Positions 9,019 through 18,591 are shown, numbered from the stretch's first letter. The stretch is 35,655 nucleotides of DNA from Candidatus Culexmicrobium cathedralense (GCA_025061115.1 JANZKC010000005.1:1-35655); one strand, 5' to 3'. A program made the numbers and translations. Notes: a model not told the origin generated them from the letters alone.

Positions 9019-9309
9019 CTATTTTTTCCTTCTCAAATATTTGCTTACGATTTCTTTGTCTACGAAATCTGTTACTTCGTGAACTATTTTAACTAGCTCA
9101 TCCTTAGGTACTCCAAGTTTTCGAGCTATTTCATCTACTGAAGCTTTTCCTTCAACCCTTAGCCTAAGGGTTTTACGGCAGAAGTCCGGATCTATTTTAG
9201 GGTTTATTCTGCGAACTATTTCGCAGACACCGTACTCTATGGTTTCAACTACTGCTTCACATGTAGGGCATTCTTTAAGGGTTTTGGACAAGTCCTTCAT
9301 TCTATACAC
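9019..9309 (-). CDS. Small protein with CxxC and HTH-like segment
   Basis: CPTC; SVDEIARKLGVPKDEL resembles a helix-turn-helix. Confidence 0.6.
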   Translation of the reverse strand: MYRMKDLSKTLKECPTCEAVVETIEYGVCEIVRRINPKIDPDFCRKTLRLRVEGKASVDEIARKLGVPKDELVKIVHEVTDFVDKEIVSKYLRRKK

Positions 9310-9494
9310 CTGTAGTCCTTAGCTACCTTCCTTATAAGCCTTAACGTGCTAAGCCAGTCCTTCCAAGGAGGAGTAAATAAGATTTCAGGTTTCGCCTTAG
9401 CTACTGTTACTAGGTCTTTTTCGAACTTCTCTATTGCCTTTCTTAGTACTTGGCAGATTTCTTCTTTCTCAGCCATTTCTCCAAATACCTCCAA
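9297..9494 (-). CDS. Hypothetical protein
   Basis: ORF in the minus-strand operon; the start is probably MAEKEE. Confidence 0.6.
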   Translation of the reverse strand: MEVFGEMAEKEEICQVLRKAIEKFEKDLVTVAKAKPEILFTPPWKDWLSTLRLIRKVAKDYRCIE

Positions 9495-9709
9495 TTATAT
9501 TTCATAAACTTATCTAAATCAACTTTACCCTCAACCAAACTGTGAGCAACAAAGTCTACAAAAATGTAGGCTGGGTGTTTCCTAAATAATGGGTGGAAAA
9601 CTGAGTCTATAATTTTATTTAAAACGTATTTATTTCTTAGCTTTCTCCGTTGTTTCATCAACCATTCTCTCCGCAGCTTTAAACATTTTCTCTGCAATTG
9701 TTCTAACAC
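9443..9709 (-). CDS. Basic hypothetical protein
   Basis: ORF in operon; the start is probably MKQRRK. Confidence 0.5.
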   Translation of the reverse strand: MLEQLQRKCLKLRREWLMKQRRKLRNKYVLNKIIDSVFHPLFRKHPAYIFVDFVAHSLVEGKVDLDKFMKYNWRYLEKWLRKKKSAKY

Positions 9710-10304
9710 AGTAAGCTATATGTCTAGGATCTCTTTCTGGACTAGTACACACCATGTGGAGGTGGACGGATGATTGCCCCGCGGAATTGTGAACATGAAC
9801 CTCGTAGACACGGCACGTTTTCGAGCAAACACCTAGTTCAACGGTTTCCCTATTCCACTTAATAAAGTCCGGGTGATGGTAGAACGGGGCCGCAATTTCT
9901 CCTTCAGCGTAAAGTCCTCTTACAGGATCTTCTGAAACATGGAAAGAGGACATGTTAGACCATGTTGCGAACTCCACCATTTTCTTCCTAAGATACTCAG
10001 CCTTTTCCGGTGGAAGTTTCTCGGCTTTTTTCTTAAGTATTTCAAACGCCTTCTTGAACAGCTTAGGATCCTTAAAGTCCAAGGTGCACATGTTAAGGTC
10101 CGGCCAGTCTCTTCTTCTAACATCGACACCTATGTCTTTAAGTAGCTTCTCGATTAGATCGCATGTTGTTTTTACTGGTTCACTTATTTGTAGAAACCAT
10201 TTCTCCCCTTCCGCTCTCATGAAGAAATCTGCTAAGAAACCATAGGGTCCTCGAGCGGAAGGTTTGTGGTTGCAAAGCCATGTCACAGTATCATCCCCGC
10301 ACAT
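9630..10304 (-). CDS. Hypothetical protein, Cys/His-rich
   Basis: 224-aa ORF; HxH motifs (EVHVH, VHLHM) in the C-terminal half. Confidence 0.7.
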   Translation of the reverse strand: MCGDDTVTWLCNHKPSARGPYGFLADFFMRAEGEKWFLQISEPVKTTCDLIEKLLKDIGVDVRRRDWPDLNMCTLDFKDPKLFKKAFEILKKKAEKLPPEKAEYLRKKMVEFATWSNMSSFHVSEDPVRGLYAEGEIAAPFYHHPDFIKWNRETVELGVCSKTCRVYEVHVHNSAGQSSVHLHMVCTSPERDPRHIAYCVRTIAEKMFKAAERMVDETTEKAKK

Positions 10305-10858
10305 CTGAGCAGTTCTCTTCTTGCCCTAAGGTATTCCCCGTATTTTTCTATTGCCTCCTTCAATTTAGGGCTTTTCATAATAGCTAACATCCTAATATCC
10401 CTGGACGCTCTCCTAGGGTTAACAGGTATTTCCCAAAGATCCTCAATTGCCTTAATAAACCTTTTAACCTCGTCCCTGCAGAAGAAGGGTGTAACATCTT
10501 TGCATAGAAACTCAATATCTCTTAAGGCCCTAACCCTATCCCTATATGCTATGTAGTAGTCGTCTATTGCTTTGAAAAACTCGTATGCGTCAACGCATCT
10601 TCCGAAAACACATACTTTACCATCCCTGTATTCTAACATACCGCCTCTAATAATCCATGGAATCCTCATTATGATTTCTCTTGCGGGTAACCGTTCACCT
10701 AAGAGAATAGATCCGAGCTCCCTAATTCTCCTGGCTGCTTCACGTTGCCTCCTATATGCGTCCCCTAAATCCCTAATTGCGTTGTCGCATGGTCCGAAAA
10801 CGGTTATTTGGGGAAGCCAGCTACTAGAAGCTCTAGTATATGATGTTGTCCACGTCAT
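10283..10858 (-). CDS. Hypothetical protein with N-terminal WTTS-x6-SWLPQ motif
   Basis: 191-aa ORF, coupled to the upstream gene by an ATGA overlap. Confidence 0.75.
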   Translation of the reverse strand: MTWTTSYTRASSSWLPQITVFGPCDNAIRDLGDAYRRQREAARRIRELGSILLGERLPAREIIMRIPWIIRGGMLEYRDGKVCVFGRCVDAYEFFKAIDDYYIAYRDRVRALRDIEFLCKDVTPFFCRDEVKRFIKAIEDLWEIPVNPRRASRDIRMLAIMKSPKLKEAIEKYGEYLRARRELLRCAGMIL

Positions 10859-11814
10859 TGCCCTACAGCTTTACGCGCTATTTCCTCCGCCAAGTTTTCG
10901 TCTTTAACTCCGAGAGCATGTGCTAGCTCGTGGGCAACTATTTTCTCCTTCTCCTTCTCGGAAAGGGTTTCCCAGCATTCGCAGTTGTAAAGTTGCTTCA
11001 CAGGTTTAAGGTCAGGGTTGGTGGCGGCACATGCTTCGAAACCGTCTTTAACAACAACACCTTCTTGAACAACAAGCTCCACTGGCTTTAGCCGAAAACC
11101 TTTATCGGCAGCTGCCTTAATAACTTTGGGCATTATCTTTTCTATTTTCTCTTTAACCTCCGAAATACATGATGGCCTATTGACAATCCTAACCACGGGA
11201 GAAAGCTTAATTTCCGACTTTGATTTCTCCATTTCCTCAATTGTCCTTTGAATAGCTTTTATAGCCTGAATGGCTGGAGATAGTTCTTTCCTAACTGCCC
11301 TTATCTCGTTAGCTAACTCTTCAAAGTTAGTGTATCCTTCGAGAAGCTTTTTCTCAACATCGTTAATAACCATGGCGAGCTTATCGTAGGCAGCACATTC
11401 CTCGGGTGTACGGCAGAACTTCTTACCCTCCTTAGCATACATTCTCAAGGCAGGGAAGTGGTTTTCAACAAGACATGCTACACACAGCTTAGCTTCCTCT
11501 CCTTTAGCGGCCCTTAAATGGTCTTCTGAGGCTACGAGATGTTCTAGGGCCATTCTCCTAGTGTATTCTGCCGCTTCATCCCTTGTAAAAGCCGCTTCAC
11601 TACTTGTAGAGGATACTTCATGTTCATGTTCCGCCATGGTTTCTAACGGTTTCTCCTCAACCATTTTTTCCGTTTCAAACGTTTTCCCTGCGGGTGCTTC
11701 TTCTGCTTCAGGTTTCTCATATGGTAGGGTAATTTTGGGTGTTGAACTGTACGAGTCTATTAGCATGTACACTACGTTTAAAACAATGTCTTTCGCTAGG
11801 TTTTTTAAGCTCAT
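10855..11814 (-). CDS. Protein with C-terminal zincin-like metalloprotease domain
   Basis: IVAHELAHALG (HExxH) followed by E residues. Confidence 0.65.
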   Translation of the reverse strand: MSLKNLAKDIVLNVVYMLIDSYSSTPKITLPYEKPEAEEAPAGKTFETEKMVEEKPLETMAEHEHEVSSTSSEAAFTRDEAAEYTRRMALEHLVASEDHLRAAKGEEAKLCVACLVENHFPALRMYAKEGKKFCRTPEECAAYDKLAMVINDVEKKLLEGYTNFEELANEIRAVRKELSPAIQAIKAIQRTIEEMEKSKSEIKLSPVVRIVNRPSCISEVKEKIEKIMPKVIKAAADKGFRLKPVELVVQEGVVVKDGFEACAATNPDLKPVKQLYNCECWETLSEKEKEKIVAHELAHALGVKDENLAEEIARKAVGQ

Positions 11815-12146
11815 CTCTTCCTCGCCCTAGCTAAAACTATTAAGCTTAAACCTGCGAGAGCTGCTCCAGCAGCAATAATGCCCCAAGGTATTTTAGCTGG
11901 AGGCTTAGCTGTGGTCGATGTTTGAACCTTATATCTTCCAGGCTCCTTAAACGTCCATGTGAACTCGTAGTATCCTTCTCTTAAAGTTTCAGTGTCTGCT
12001 ACGATCTCGTCGTTTATTAGTAAATATATTTTAGCTCCTTCAACTGGCTCCCAGTTTTTAGTTAGCTTCCTTAGTTCCCCATGGAACACGACTGGCTCAT
12101 TAACATACGCTACTTCTGGACCGTAAAGTGTAAGCTTATATTGCAC
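11811..12146 (-). CDS. Ig-like domain protein with C-terminal TM anchor
   Basis: PVEGAKIYL...GYYEFTWTFKEPGRYKV; hydrophobic tail followed by basic residues. Confidence 0.7.
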   Translation of the reverse strand: MQYKLTLYGPEVAYVNEPVVFHGELRKLTKNWEPVEGAKIYLLINDEIVADTETLREGYYEFTWTFKEPGRYKVQTSTTAKPPAKIPWGIIAAGAALAGLSLIVLARARKR

Positions 12147-12182
12147 TTACTCCACCACTATATTATTTTCCAAGGCGAACAT

Positions 12183-12815
12183 TTATTTTTTAATGGCTGA
12201 AATAAAAGCGGCTAAACCAGCAGACGCAGCCGCTAAGCCGAGAAGCCACCATACTTCTCTCGGAATCGCAGCTGGAAGCTCCTTAATGATCAAGAAGGAG
12301 AAAACAGCGACCACAACTAAACACACTGCAATAATTACCGCGGCAATTACAAGCCCTGACACTGGGCTGTGAACCTTATACCTTACTGTGACAGTGTTAT
12401 CTGCTGCTTTAATTTCCAAGATTTCAACAGGGTAAACTGCTTCAACAGCTGATTCAAGGTTTTCCCAAAGCCACTCCACAAACTCTGAAGGCAGAGGCCC
12501 AGTTTTCATAATAAGCTTAAACACATGGGGAGGCCCGGAACCGACCAGTTGAACCTCATATGTTTGAAATGGAACCACGCTTATCTTCTCAATGTTTGTT
12601 TGGAAATCATCCCTTTCTCTTCTTCCGAAAACAAGGTAAACATATGGCCATAGCCCATCAAAGTATGCGTACCCGTCATCATCAGTTACAGCTGAAGCTA
12701 CAAGGCTCATCTTTGCCGAGAAAGACACCGGATCTGCCCTGTGAACCTCAACAACAACTCCTTTCTGAGGCCTACCGTAAACGTCTACAACCCTAACTGT
12801 TAATTGCGGACTCAC
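12183..12815 (-). CDS. Membrane protein with prealbumin/carboxypeptidase-regulatory-like beta domain
   Basis: LTVRVVD..GRP..GVVVEV...TDDDGYAYFDGL; two C-terminal TM segments. Confidence 0.7.
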   Translation of the reverse strand: MSPQLTVRVVDVYGRPQKGVVVEVHRADPVSFSAKMSLVASAVTDDDGYAYFDGLWPYVYLVFGRRERDDFQTNIEKISVVPFQTYEVQLVGSGPPHVFKLIMKTGPLPSEFVEWLWENLESAVEAVYPVEILEIKAADNTVTVRYKVHSPVSGLVIAAVIIAVCLVVVAVFSFLIIKELPAAIPREVWWLLGLAAASAGLAAFISAIKK

Positions 12816-13303
12816 TTTTTCAAAGCCTCCTCTACTCTTCTCTTAGCAATACCTAGTCCTTTACTAACCTTTTCAACAGCCCACGACCTTACAGCTGGAA
12901 CATAGATAAATGGCGCTACGAAAAACGTTCCAATAGCGATCCCTAGTAAAACATCCTCTATTCCCCCGCCAGGGTACTTCTTTTCCCCGTCGACAACCTC
13001 GTATTTTTCATGGCAAACATAGCATTCCACATTTCTACCGTTAACAATTAATGGCGACCCGCATGTTTCACAAGTATATGTCGCATATCCTAAATCTAAA
13101 GCGTAATGTAGAAGCTCATGTAGAGCAACTGTTTCATTAATAGCCTCCGGAGTAGCGAAATATATTGTCCCCTTATAGTAGCACGCTATGTGCCCATGGC
13201 ACATGGTTGGATCGTACTTCACTCTTGGCGGAGGTATTCCGAAGTGTCTACATATTTTCCTAACCAGCTCCTCAGCCTGTTTCTCGTAGTCAACGTAGGC
13301 CAT
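12812..13303 (-). CDS. Zincin-like metalloprotease with Zn ribbon and TM segment
   Basis: VALHELLH; CETCG...CYVC; hydrophobic segment. Confidence 0.7.
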   Translation of the reverse strand: MAYVDYEKQAEELVRKICRHFGIPPPRVKYDPTMCHGHIACYYKGTIYFATPEAINETVALHELLHYALDLGYATYTCETCGSPLIVNGRNVECYVCHEKYEVVDGEKKYPGGGIEDVLLGIAIGTFFVAPFIYVPAVRSWAVEKVSKGLGIAKRRVEEALKK

Positions 13304-13324
13304 GCCATCACCTGTTTTAAATAT

Positions 13325-13536
13325 GCTTCTAAAAACCTATTAACCTTACTACTCTAAGCAACATAGAACCAATTCTACATCGCATTTTCTATTGTTTCTA
13401 AAATTCTACATTATGTTTCTATGTGTTTTTAGAGCATGTAGACTATGATAGTGTAAACCATATTGTCTATTCTAAAACTTATATAGAGGTTTTAGAAGAA
13501 TCTATGTTAGAAAAAATATTGTAGAGCTGGGTCTAC
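13325..13536. repeat. Divergent intergenic region with 18 TCTA/TAGA tetramers
   Basis: Counted by eye; AATTCTACAT direct repeat at 13371 and 13402. Confidence 0.6.
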
Positions 13537-13983
13537 ATGGTTCAGTACAAGTGCCCTATTTGTGACCGTAAATTTCCTAGTAAAAAGAAGCTTAGAGAAC
13601 ATATGGAGAAACAGCATCAGGTAAGTGAGAACCCCCCCTCCCCCCCTCCCCCCTCGGAGCGGGCTTCGCCTACGCCAGAGGTTGCTGAGGATTTTAGAGC
13701 AATGATTTCTAAAATAGTCGATGAGAGAATTAGAGAAGTTCTGCCTGAGATTGTAGAGAAAATGAAGAAAGAGTCCGTTGTCGAAAGAGAACTAGAGGTT
13801 TCCGGTGGGCTAACATTGGCAAGGAAGGTTAAGATAGATCCGAGGGTTATCCAGCTTTACGAATACGTTCTAGCTCATGGAAGCAAAATGTCTTTCGACG
13901 AGTTCGTAAACGAAACAATCCTTGAGCACTTTACTGAATGCTTAGGTATTGAACCAGCTATAATTAGGAGGAGGGTGAAATAA
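13537..13983 (+). CDS. C2H2 zinc-finger protein with C-terminal RHH-like region
   Basis: YKCPICDRKF..KKKLREHMEKQH; Pro linker; KVKID...MSFDEFVNE. Confidence 0.8.
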   Translation: MVQYKCPICDRKFPSKKKLREHMEKQHQVSENPPSPPPPSERASPTPEVAEDFRAMISKIVDERIREVLPEIVEKMKKESVVERELEVSGGLTLARKVKIDPRVIQLYEYVLAHGSKMSFDEFVNETILEHFTECLGIEPAIIRRRVK

Positions 13984-15002
13984 TGGGTAAGATTAAGGAG
14001 ATTCTTAAAATTAAAAAGGCGGAGGAGTCCGATATAGGGATGGATGAGATTGACGAGTTCTTGAAGCAGCAGGCTAAGGAAATGGTTGCTAAAGCTAAGT
14101 TGGCAAGAGTTAAAGAGTATTGGTTAGAGTCGGAGCTTAAAGCTAAAAAGCTTGAAAGGGAGCTTAGGGAAATGGAGGAGGAAAAGGCAAGGCCTAGGCC
14201 AAAAGGAAGGGAACAGTATGAGATAACGGAAACTGATGTTGAAATAGCAAAAATGCTTAAGGACCTACCACCACATGAGCGCGCAGAGGTTCTAAACATT
14301 CTTGCCGCGCTTAAAGCTGCAGGTCGCGGTGAACCAGCATCCCTGCTAATACCTATGATTATGGCTGCGAAGTCAGCTAACCCATATGCTTCGCCAACGG
14401 AAATAGTTAGCGCTGTAACTAATGCGGCCAAAACAATTGTTGAGCTCCGTGAAGGAGGATCTACAGTAGATAAAATAGTTAGTAAAGCATTAGATGTTCT
14501 ATCTACGCCAAGAGGGGCTACTTTTGAATCTAAATTAGCTGATAAATACATAGACTTAATGGAGAAAGTAGTTACATCACCGCAGAAAGGTTTCTGGGAC
14601 CAAATATTTGAAGACCCTAAGAAGTTGCAAACCTTAAAAGAGATTTTCGGTGCAAAAACGGATCCAAGGCTTCTCATTGAGCTTGAGAAGCTCAGGCATC
14701 AGCACAGGTTAGAGGAGAAGAAGCTTGAGCTGAAAATGCTTGAGCTGAAACATAAGATCTTATCGTCTAGGAGAAGGGAGAAAATACTTAAAGAATACGG
14801 TAAGAGAATAGCTAAGTCAGTAATAGACGGTATTTTATCGTCCAGCGAGTCCCCGGAAAAACCAGCACCTAAAGGTTTGCCGAAAGGATGGGTTACCAGG
14901 AAATGTGAAGTCTGCGGTACGCCAATAACTTTTAACCCTGAAGAAGCCAAGACAGTTATTTGTCCAAAATGCGGTACAAAATACAGGATCGAGGTAGAGT
15001 AA
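13983..15002 (+). CDS. Coiled-coil protein with C-terminal Zn ribbon
   Basis: Heptad-rich; CEVCG...CPKCG. Confidence 0.75.
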   Translation: MGKIKEILKIKKAEESDIGMDEIDEFLKQQAKEMVAKAKLARVKEYWLESELKAKKLERELREMEEEKARPRPKGREQYEITETDVEIAKMLKDLPPHERAEVLNILAALKAAGRGEPASLLIPMIMAAKSANPYASPTEIVSAVTNAAKTIVELREGGSTVDKIVSKALDVLSTPRGATFESKLADKYIDLMEKVVTSPQKGFWDQIFEDPKKLQTLKEIFGAKTDPRLLIELEKLRHQHRLEEKKLELKMLELKHKILSSRRREKILKEYGKRIAKSVIDGILSSSESPEKPAPKGLPKGWVTRKCEVCGTPITFNPEEAKTVICPKCGTKYRIEVE

Positions 15003-15386
15003 ATGGGTTTCCTGGAGAAAGCAAGAGATGTTTTGTGGAAAATAGGTAAGGCTTTCGCAGTTGATTTATCACCGGAAATAGCGAGAGGTGTTATAGCAGA
15101 CTATCTTAGAAAAGCCAGGGTTGAAGACCTAGTAAACTACATTGAATCTAACGAGTCCGTTTTCGAAAAAATATGGGGTAGCCTTAGAGACGATGTTAAA
15201 GAGAAAATAGTTAAGACCCTATCAAACATTAAAGAAGCCAAAGACATGATAACTGTTAAAACCACGTTAGAAGCGCTTGTTGAAGCCGAAAGATACGATC
15301 TATTAGCGGTTTTCGTTAACTCCAAGAAGGCGCTTCAATGGCTTAGGAGAGAGGTTGAGCTAGCTAAGAAGACTCTTTGGCCCTAG
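15003..15386 (+). CDS. Hypothetical helical protein
   Basis: 127-aa ORF in operon. Confidence 0.7.
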   Translation: MGFLEKARDVLWKIGKAFAVDLSPEIARGVIADYLRKARVEDLVNYIESNESVFEKIWGSLRDDVKEKIVKTLSNIKEAKDMITVKTTLEALVEAERYDLLAVFVNSKKALQWLRREVELAKKTLWP

Positions 15387-15439
15387 AGTATTATGCTACT
15401 CTAAAAGCTTAAAACATCTTTTTTACATTAATTCTATCG

Positions 15440-15805
15440 GTGAAGAACGTGCCCGTTAAGCTAGTTAAAGTTGGAACATCGGCTGTCGTAGGTTTAGTAG
15501 ATATTGGGTTGGAAAAACTAGATGAAATGAAGGGATGGGTTGAGCCATTCAAAAACACACACGACATTTTCAGAGCAGGTGCTTTCGCATTCGGCCTCAT
15601 CAACGAACTCATGGGTTTAGGTATTGTTCCAAGCGAAGTTGCCGAATCCATGATGGACGCTAGCTTACCGCTCTTAGAAAAGTCAATATATGGGCTTGTA
15701 AAGTCAGTAACAGGAGCAGGGTACAGGGAGATACGCTTAAGAAAAATAAGGGAGGAAACTAGTAAAGCCCCGCATTTTAGAACCTCAGCGCTTGTAAGCG
15801 TTTAG
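15440..15805 (+). CDS. Hypothetical, possibly membrane-associated virion protein
   Basis: Gly/Ala-rich amphipathic segments; upstream of the putative capsid gene. Confidence 0.6.
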   Translation: MKNVPVKLVKVGTSAVVGLVDIGLEKLDEMKGWVEPFKNTHDIFRAGAFAFGLINELMGLGIVPSEVAESMMDASLPLLEKSIYGLVKSVTGAGYREIRLRKIREETSKAPHFRTSALVSV

Positions 15806-15981
15806 ATTGCTTCAACAATAGACGGGTAGCCTACTCCAGCACAGTCCAGTAGTTTTTTCAGTGCTTCACCGTAGGTTAAATCGTTCACTTTAGCATACAT
15901 GACGAAGCGAATATAGGTTTCGCGATCACATCTTATAAGTAGAGCTTTTTCCGTTTTCTGCTTTTTCTCCGATATCTTCAT
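15802..15981 (-). CDS. RHH-like protein (59 aa, not in ORF track)
   Basis: My translation: MKISEKKQKTEKALLIRCDRETYIRFVMYAKVNDLTYGEALKKLLDCAG... Confidence 0.6.
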   Translation of the reverse strand: MKISEKKQKTEKALLIRCDRETYIRFVMYAKVNDLTYGEALKKLLDCAGVGYPSIVEAI

Positions 15982-16060
15982 TTCTTCAACCTGATATCTA
16001 GATATTTTTCAGAGGGGTTAAATACCTTATGCAACCTAGTTTACCATAGGTGATTGATGA

Positions 16061-17098
16061 ATGGGCGTGTTCGATCCAATAGTTGAGCTTAAAGCAGTAT
16101 GGTCAGGTGTCTCTCTTAGCGCTGGGGAAGAAACAACCAAGGACGTCTACGAGCTGTCGCCAAACGAGGTTTTAGAGGTTTTCAGAATAGAAATAGTGCC
16201 CCCAGTAGATACTTCAACAGGCACCATTAAGAAATTTAGAGAAGTAGGTTTGCTGATTAATGGTGAAAAATACCCGTACATTCATGCCAACTCAGTAATG
16301 TTTCCACTGGAGCATCCAAACAACGTTGCTAAAGCCGTTGACCTCGGAGTTCCGATAACCTGGAGTAGGCTTCTCGGCAAAGTACCTGAGCCTTTCGAAA
16401 CAACAACGGTTAAGCTGAAAGAAGGTGACACGTTAGGAGTCTACGCTATCGCTGATGAGTCTATAACGCAGGACTTTGAAGTAAGATTATTGGCTTCAAG
16501 GGTAAGAGGAGCTGATGAACTGGCAAAGCATGCTCCAGCATCTTACACTGTAGGCTTCAGCCTTGACGCTGACGTTTACAGTAAGCCAGCAATACCTGTA
16601 ACACCTGAGACGTTTAACGAGCTTCCAGGAGGCGTTGGCCAAAGCAAGCCAGCAATTTACCCGTGGATAACATATGCTAGGAACGCGCAGGCAACAACTG
16701 CGAACCAATGGTATGCTTTCGACTACCCAACATATGTAAGCTATGAGTGGCAGAAACTACATTGGAACCTAGTAAACAAGACCAGAGCCTACCTTGTAAA
16801 GTACCTTGGCGTTATACCTCACGACAACAGCAAAGCACTTAGACTTTACGTTGAAGGAAGAGAAACAAACCCAGAATATGTGACAAGGCCTTTGCCAGAG
16901 CAGAACTTCTTCCCGCCAGCAATGTTCTACGACACAACGGTTAATGCTGGACTTAAACATGCAGGTCCAAAGGAGCTGTTCCCGCACAGGCTATTCCACG
17001 GAGTTAAAGGAGGAATACAAATACTGGACAATGGAACAAGCATTCCAGCGAACGGAGTAGAACTACATGTTTACGGAGTAATATTCATACTTAAATAA
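16061..17098 (+). CDS. Putative major capsid protein, probable double jelly-roll (345 aa)
   Basis: Beta-rich with two jelly-roll-like halves; TTAAATA promoter and GGTGA RBS; heads the structural block. The fold is inferred, not matched. Confidence 0.55.
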   Translation: MGVFDPIVELKAVWSGVSLSAGEETTKDVYELSPNEVLEVFRIEIVPPVDTSTGTIKKFREVGLLINGEKYPYIHANSVMFPLEHPNNVAKAVDLGVPITWSRLLGKVPEPFETTTVKLKEGDTLGVYAIADESITQDFEVRLLASRVRGADELAKHAPASYTVGFSLDADVYSKPAIPVTPETFNELPGGVGQSKPAIYPWITYARNAQATTANQWYAFDYPTYVSYEWQKLHWNLVNKTRAYLVKYLGVIPHDNSKALRLYVEGRETNPEYVTRPLPEQNFFPPAMFYDTTVNAGLKHAGPKELFPHRLFHGVKGGIQILDNGTSIPANGVELHVYGVIFILK

Positions 17099-17112
17099 GG
17101 GGTGGTGGATGA

Positions 17113-17403
17113 ATGCCCATAACAGTTCTCGTCGGAAACATAGCTGCTGCATCAGGTTCCAACATTAGCTTAAAAGGGAAAATACCTGCACCAATAGGCT
17201 CAATAATTTCAGCAGTTGTTCTCGCCGGACACAGCGTTGACGAAGGTGGAACAGCAACATACGACATCTTAGCTGCAACCTCCGCAACAGCAACCAAAGT
17301 AGATGACTACACGATAACCCTTAACGTAGACATAACAACCAAGGACCTACTGCAGCTAACATACATGCCGAAAACAGAATACGTTAAACCATCATCTGTG
17401 TAA
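17113..17403 (+). CDS. Small beta-rich putative virion protein
   Basis: A/T/S-rich; co-transcribed with the putative MCP. Confidence 0.6.
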   Translation: MPITVLVGNIAAASGSNISLKGKIPAPIGSIISAVVLAGHSVDEGGTATYDILAATSATATKVDDYTITLNVDITTKDLLQLTYMPKTEYVKPSSV

Positions 17404-17446
17404 AGCGGAAACCAGTAATTAACCCTTAAGCTCAAAAATATTTTTT

Positions 17447-17614
17447 CTAAACCTCGACCTTCATGCTTCTATAGTATTTATTAATCAAGAAGTTAATTAC
17501 TTCATCGTAGCTTCTAACATCTAAATGGAGCTTAAGTATTACAAGCTTCCTCCACGTACTATGCTTTACTTTAATCCATTTCCCCTTCCTGACTGTTTCG
17601 TTTTGTATTTTCAA
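17447..17614 (-). CDS. RHH-like protein (55 aa, not in ORF track)
   Basis: My translation: ...KWIKVKHSTWRKLVILKLHLDVRSYDEVINFLINKY... Confidence 0.65.
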   Translation of the reverse strand: MKIQNETVRKGKWIKVKHSTWRKLVILKLHLDVRSYDEVINFLINKYYRSMKVEV

Positions 17615-17667
17615 AACAACCCCTATTTTAAATCTCTAAAACGACATTATTTATATTTGGTGGTTTA

Positions 17668-18591
17668 ATGGCTCAGGTAGATGTTCGTAAAGCTTTAAAA
17701 TATCCTCCAGAGGTTTTCATGGGGATTATTGTTAAGGATCTTTCAAGCGGACTAAACGACATAGTATCATATACTGGACTTGATGTTGCAAAGCTTTTCT
17801 ATGCTTTAACAGGGTTTTCAACATCTGTAGCGTCAAATGTTGCATTAGACATTACTAGCGATGGTAGGCCAGGATACGTTACGGTCAGCGATCTTGGAGC
17901 GGTTAGGGGACTAGACTACATGGAGGAGGTTAGGGTTGGATGTTTAAGAGAGCTAATAGTTAGGGCTAGAGCCATATCTGATGTAAGCAACTTCGTGTTC
18001 AGATATTTGATCAAAGCATCTCCGGCTAAAGCGGTTCATAAGCTTCTTTACGGGGGAACGTTAACTCCTAGGGAAAGAGAGCTTGGAGAAAAACTTGGCT
18101 TGTCGGAGTCTATTAGAGCATATCCTGTTGAGGTTTGGAACCCGTACAAGGGTGTTTTAGACATAAAGTACCAGTCCATGTCGGTTTCTGCGTCAGCTAC
18201 GATTTTAAGGGTTACGCCGAAGTCAGGGTGGAAAGCGGTTCTCCTTGGAATATCGGGTGAGAGGCCAGCGTCGCCGAACTCGTTTAAAATATCTGTTTCA
18301 AGAGACGGATTAGAAGACATTATGGAGCTTGACGCGTATGGTTTACCAACATACGCTACGTGGTGGGGTTCTCCAGCGTGGAACACTTTAAGAGTAGTGG
18401 CCATAGATGAGTTGCTAATAGAAGCAGAAGTTACTAGTGGAGGACCGTACAAGGTAAGAATAGTTTACGGACTAGCCCCCGTGACGGTTGCTGAGAAAAT
18501 AGCTTGGGGACTAGACCTAACAGCGGAAGACAGGAGAATAGCAGATAAGCTCAACCTTTACGACATGGTTGAAGCAGGAATCCTACCATAA
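17668..18591 (+). CDS. Putative structural protein with internal tandem duplication (two jelly-roll-like domains)
   Basis: The two halves end in KLLYGGTLTPRERELGEKLGL and KIAWGLDLTAEDRRIADKLNL. Confidence 0.6.
   Translation: MAQVDVRKALKYPPEVFMGIIVKDLSSGLNDIVSYTGLDVAKLFYALTGFSTSVASNVALDITSDGRPGYVTVSDLGAVRGLDYMEEVRVGCLRELIVRARAISDVSNFVFRYLIKASPAKAVHKLLYGGTLTPRERELGEKLGLSESIRAYPVEVWNPYKGVLDIKYQSMSVSASATILRVTPKSGWKAVLLGISGERPASPNSFKISVSRDGLEDIMELDAYGLPTYATWWGSPAWNTLRVVAIDELLIEAEVTSGGPYKVRIVYGLAPVTVAEKIAWGLDLTAEDRRIADKLNLYDMVEAGILP

Noticed and set aside
9630-10304. Weak resemblance between DLIEKLLKDIGVDVRR and DIVESLLEKQGLKCRR in the 226-1287 protein
   Set aside because: A short amphipathic-helix match that could be chance without a profile comparison.
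13631-13655. Poly-C tracts (possible G-quadruplex on the minus strand)
   Set aside because: Explained by the encoded PPSPPPPS linker.
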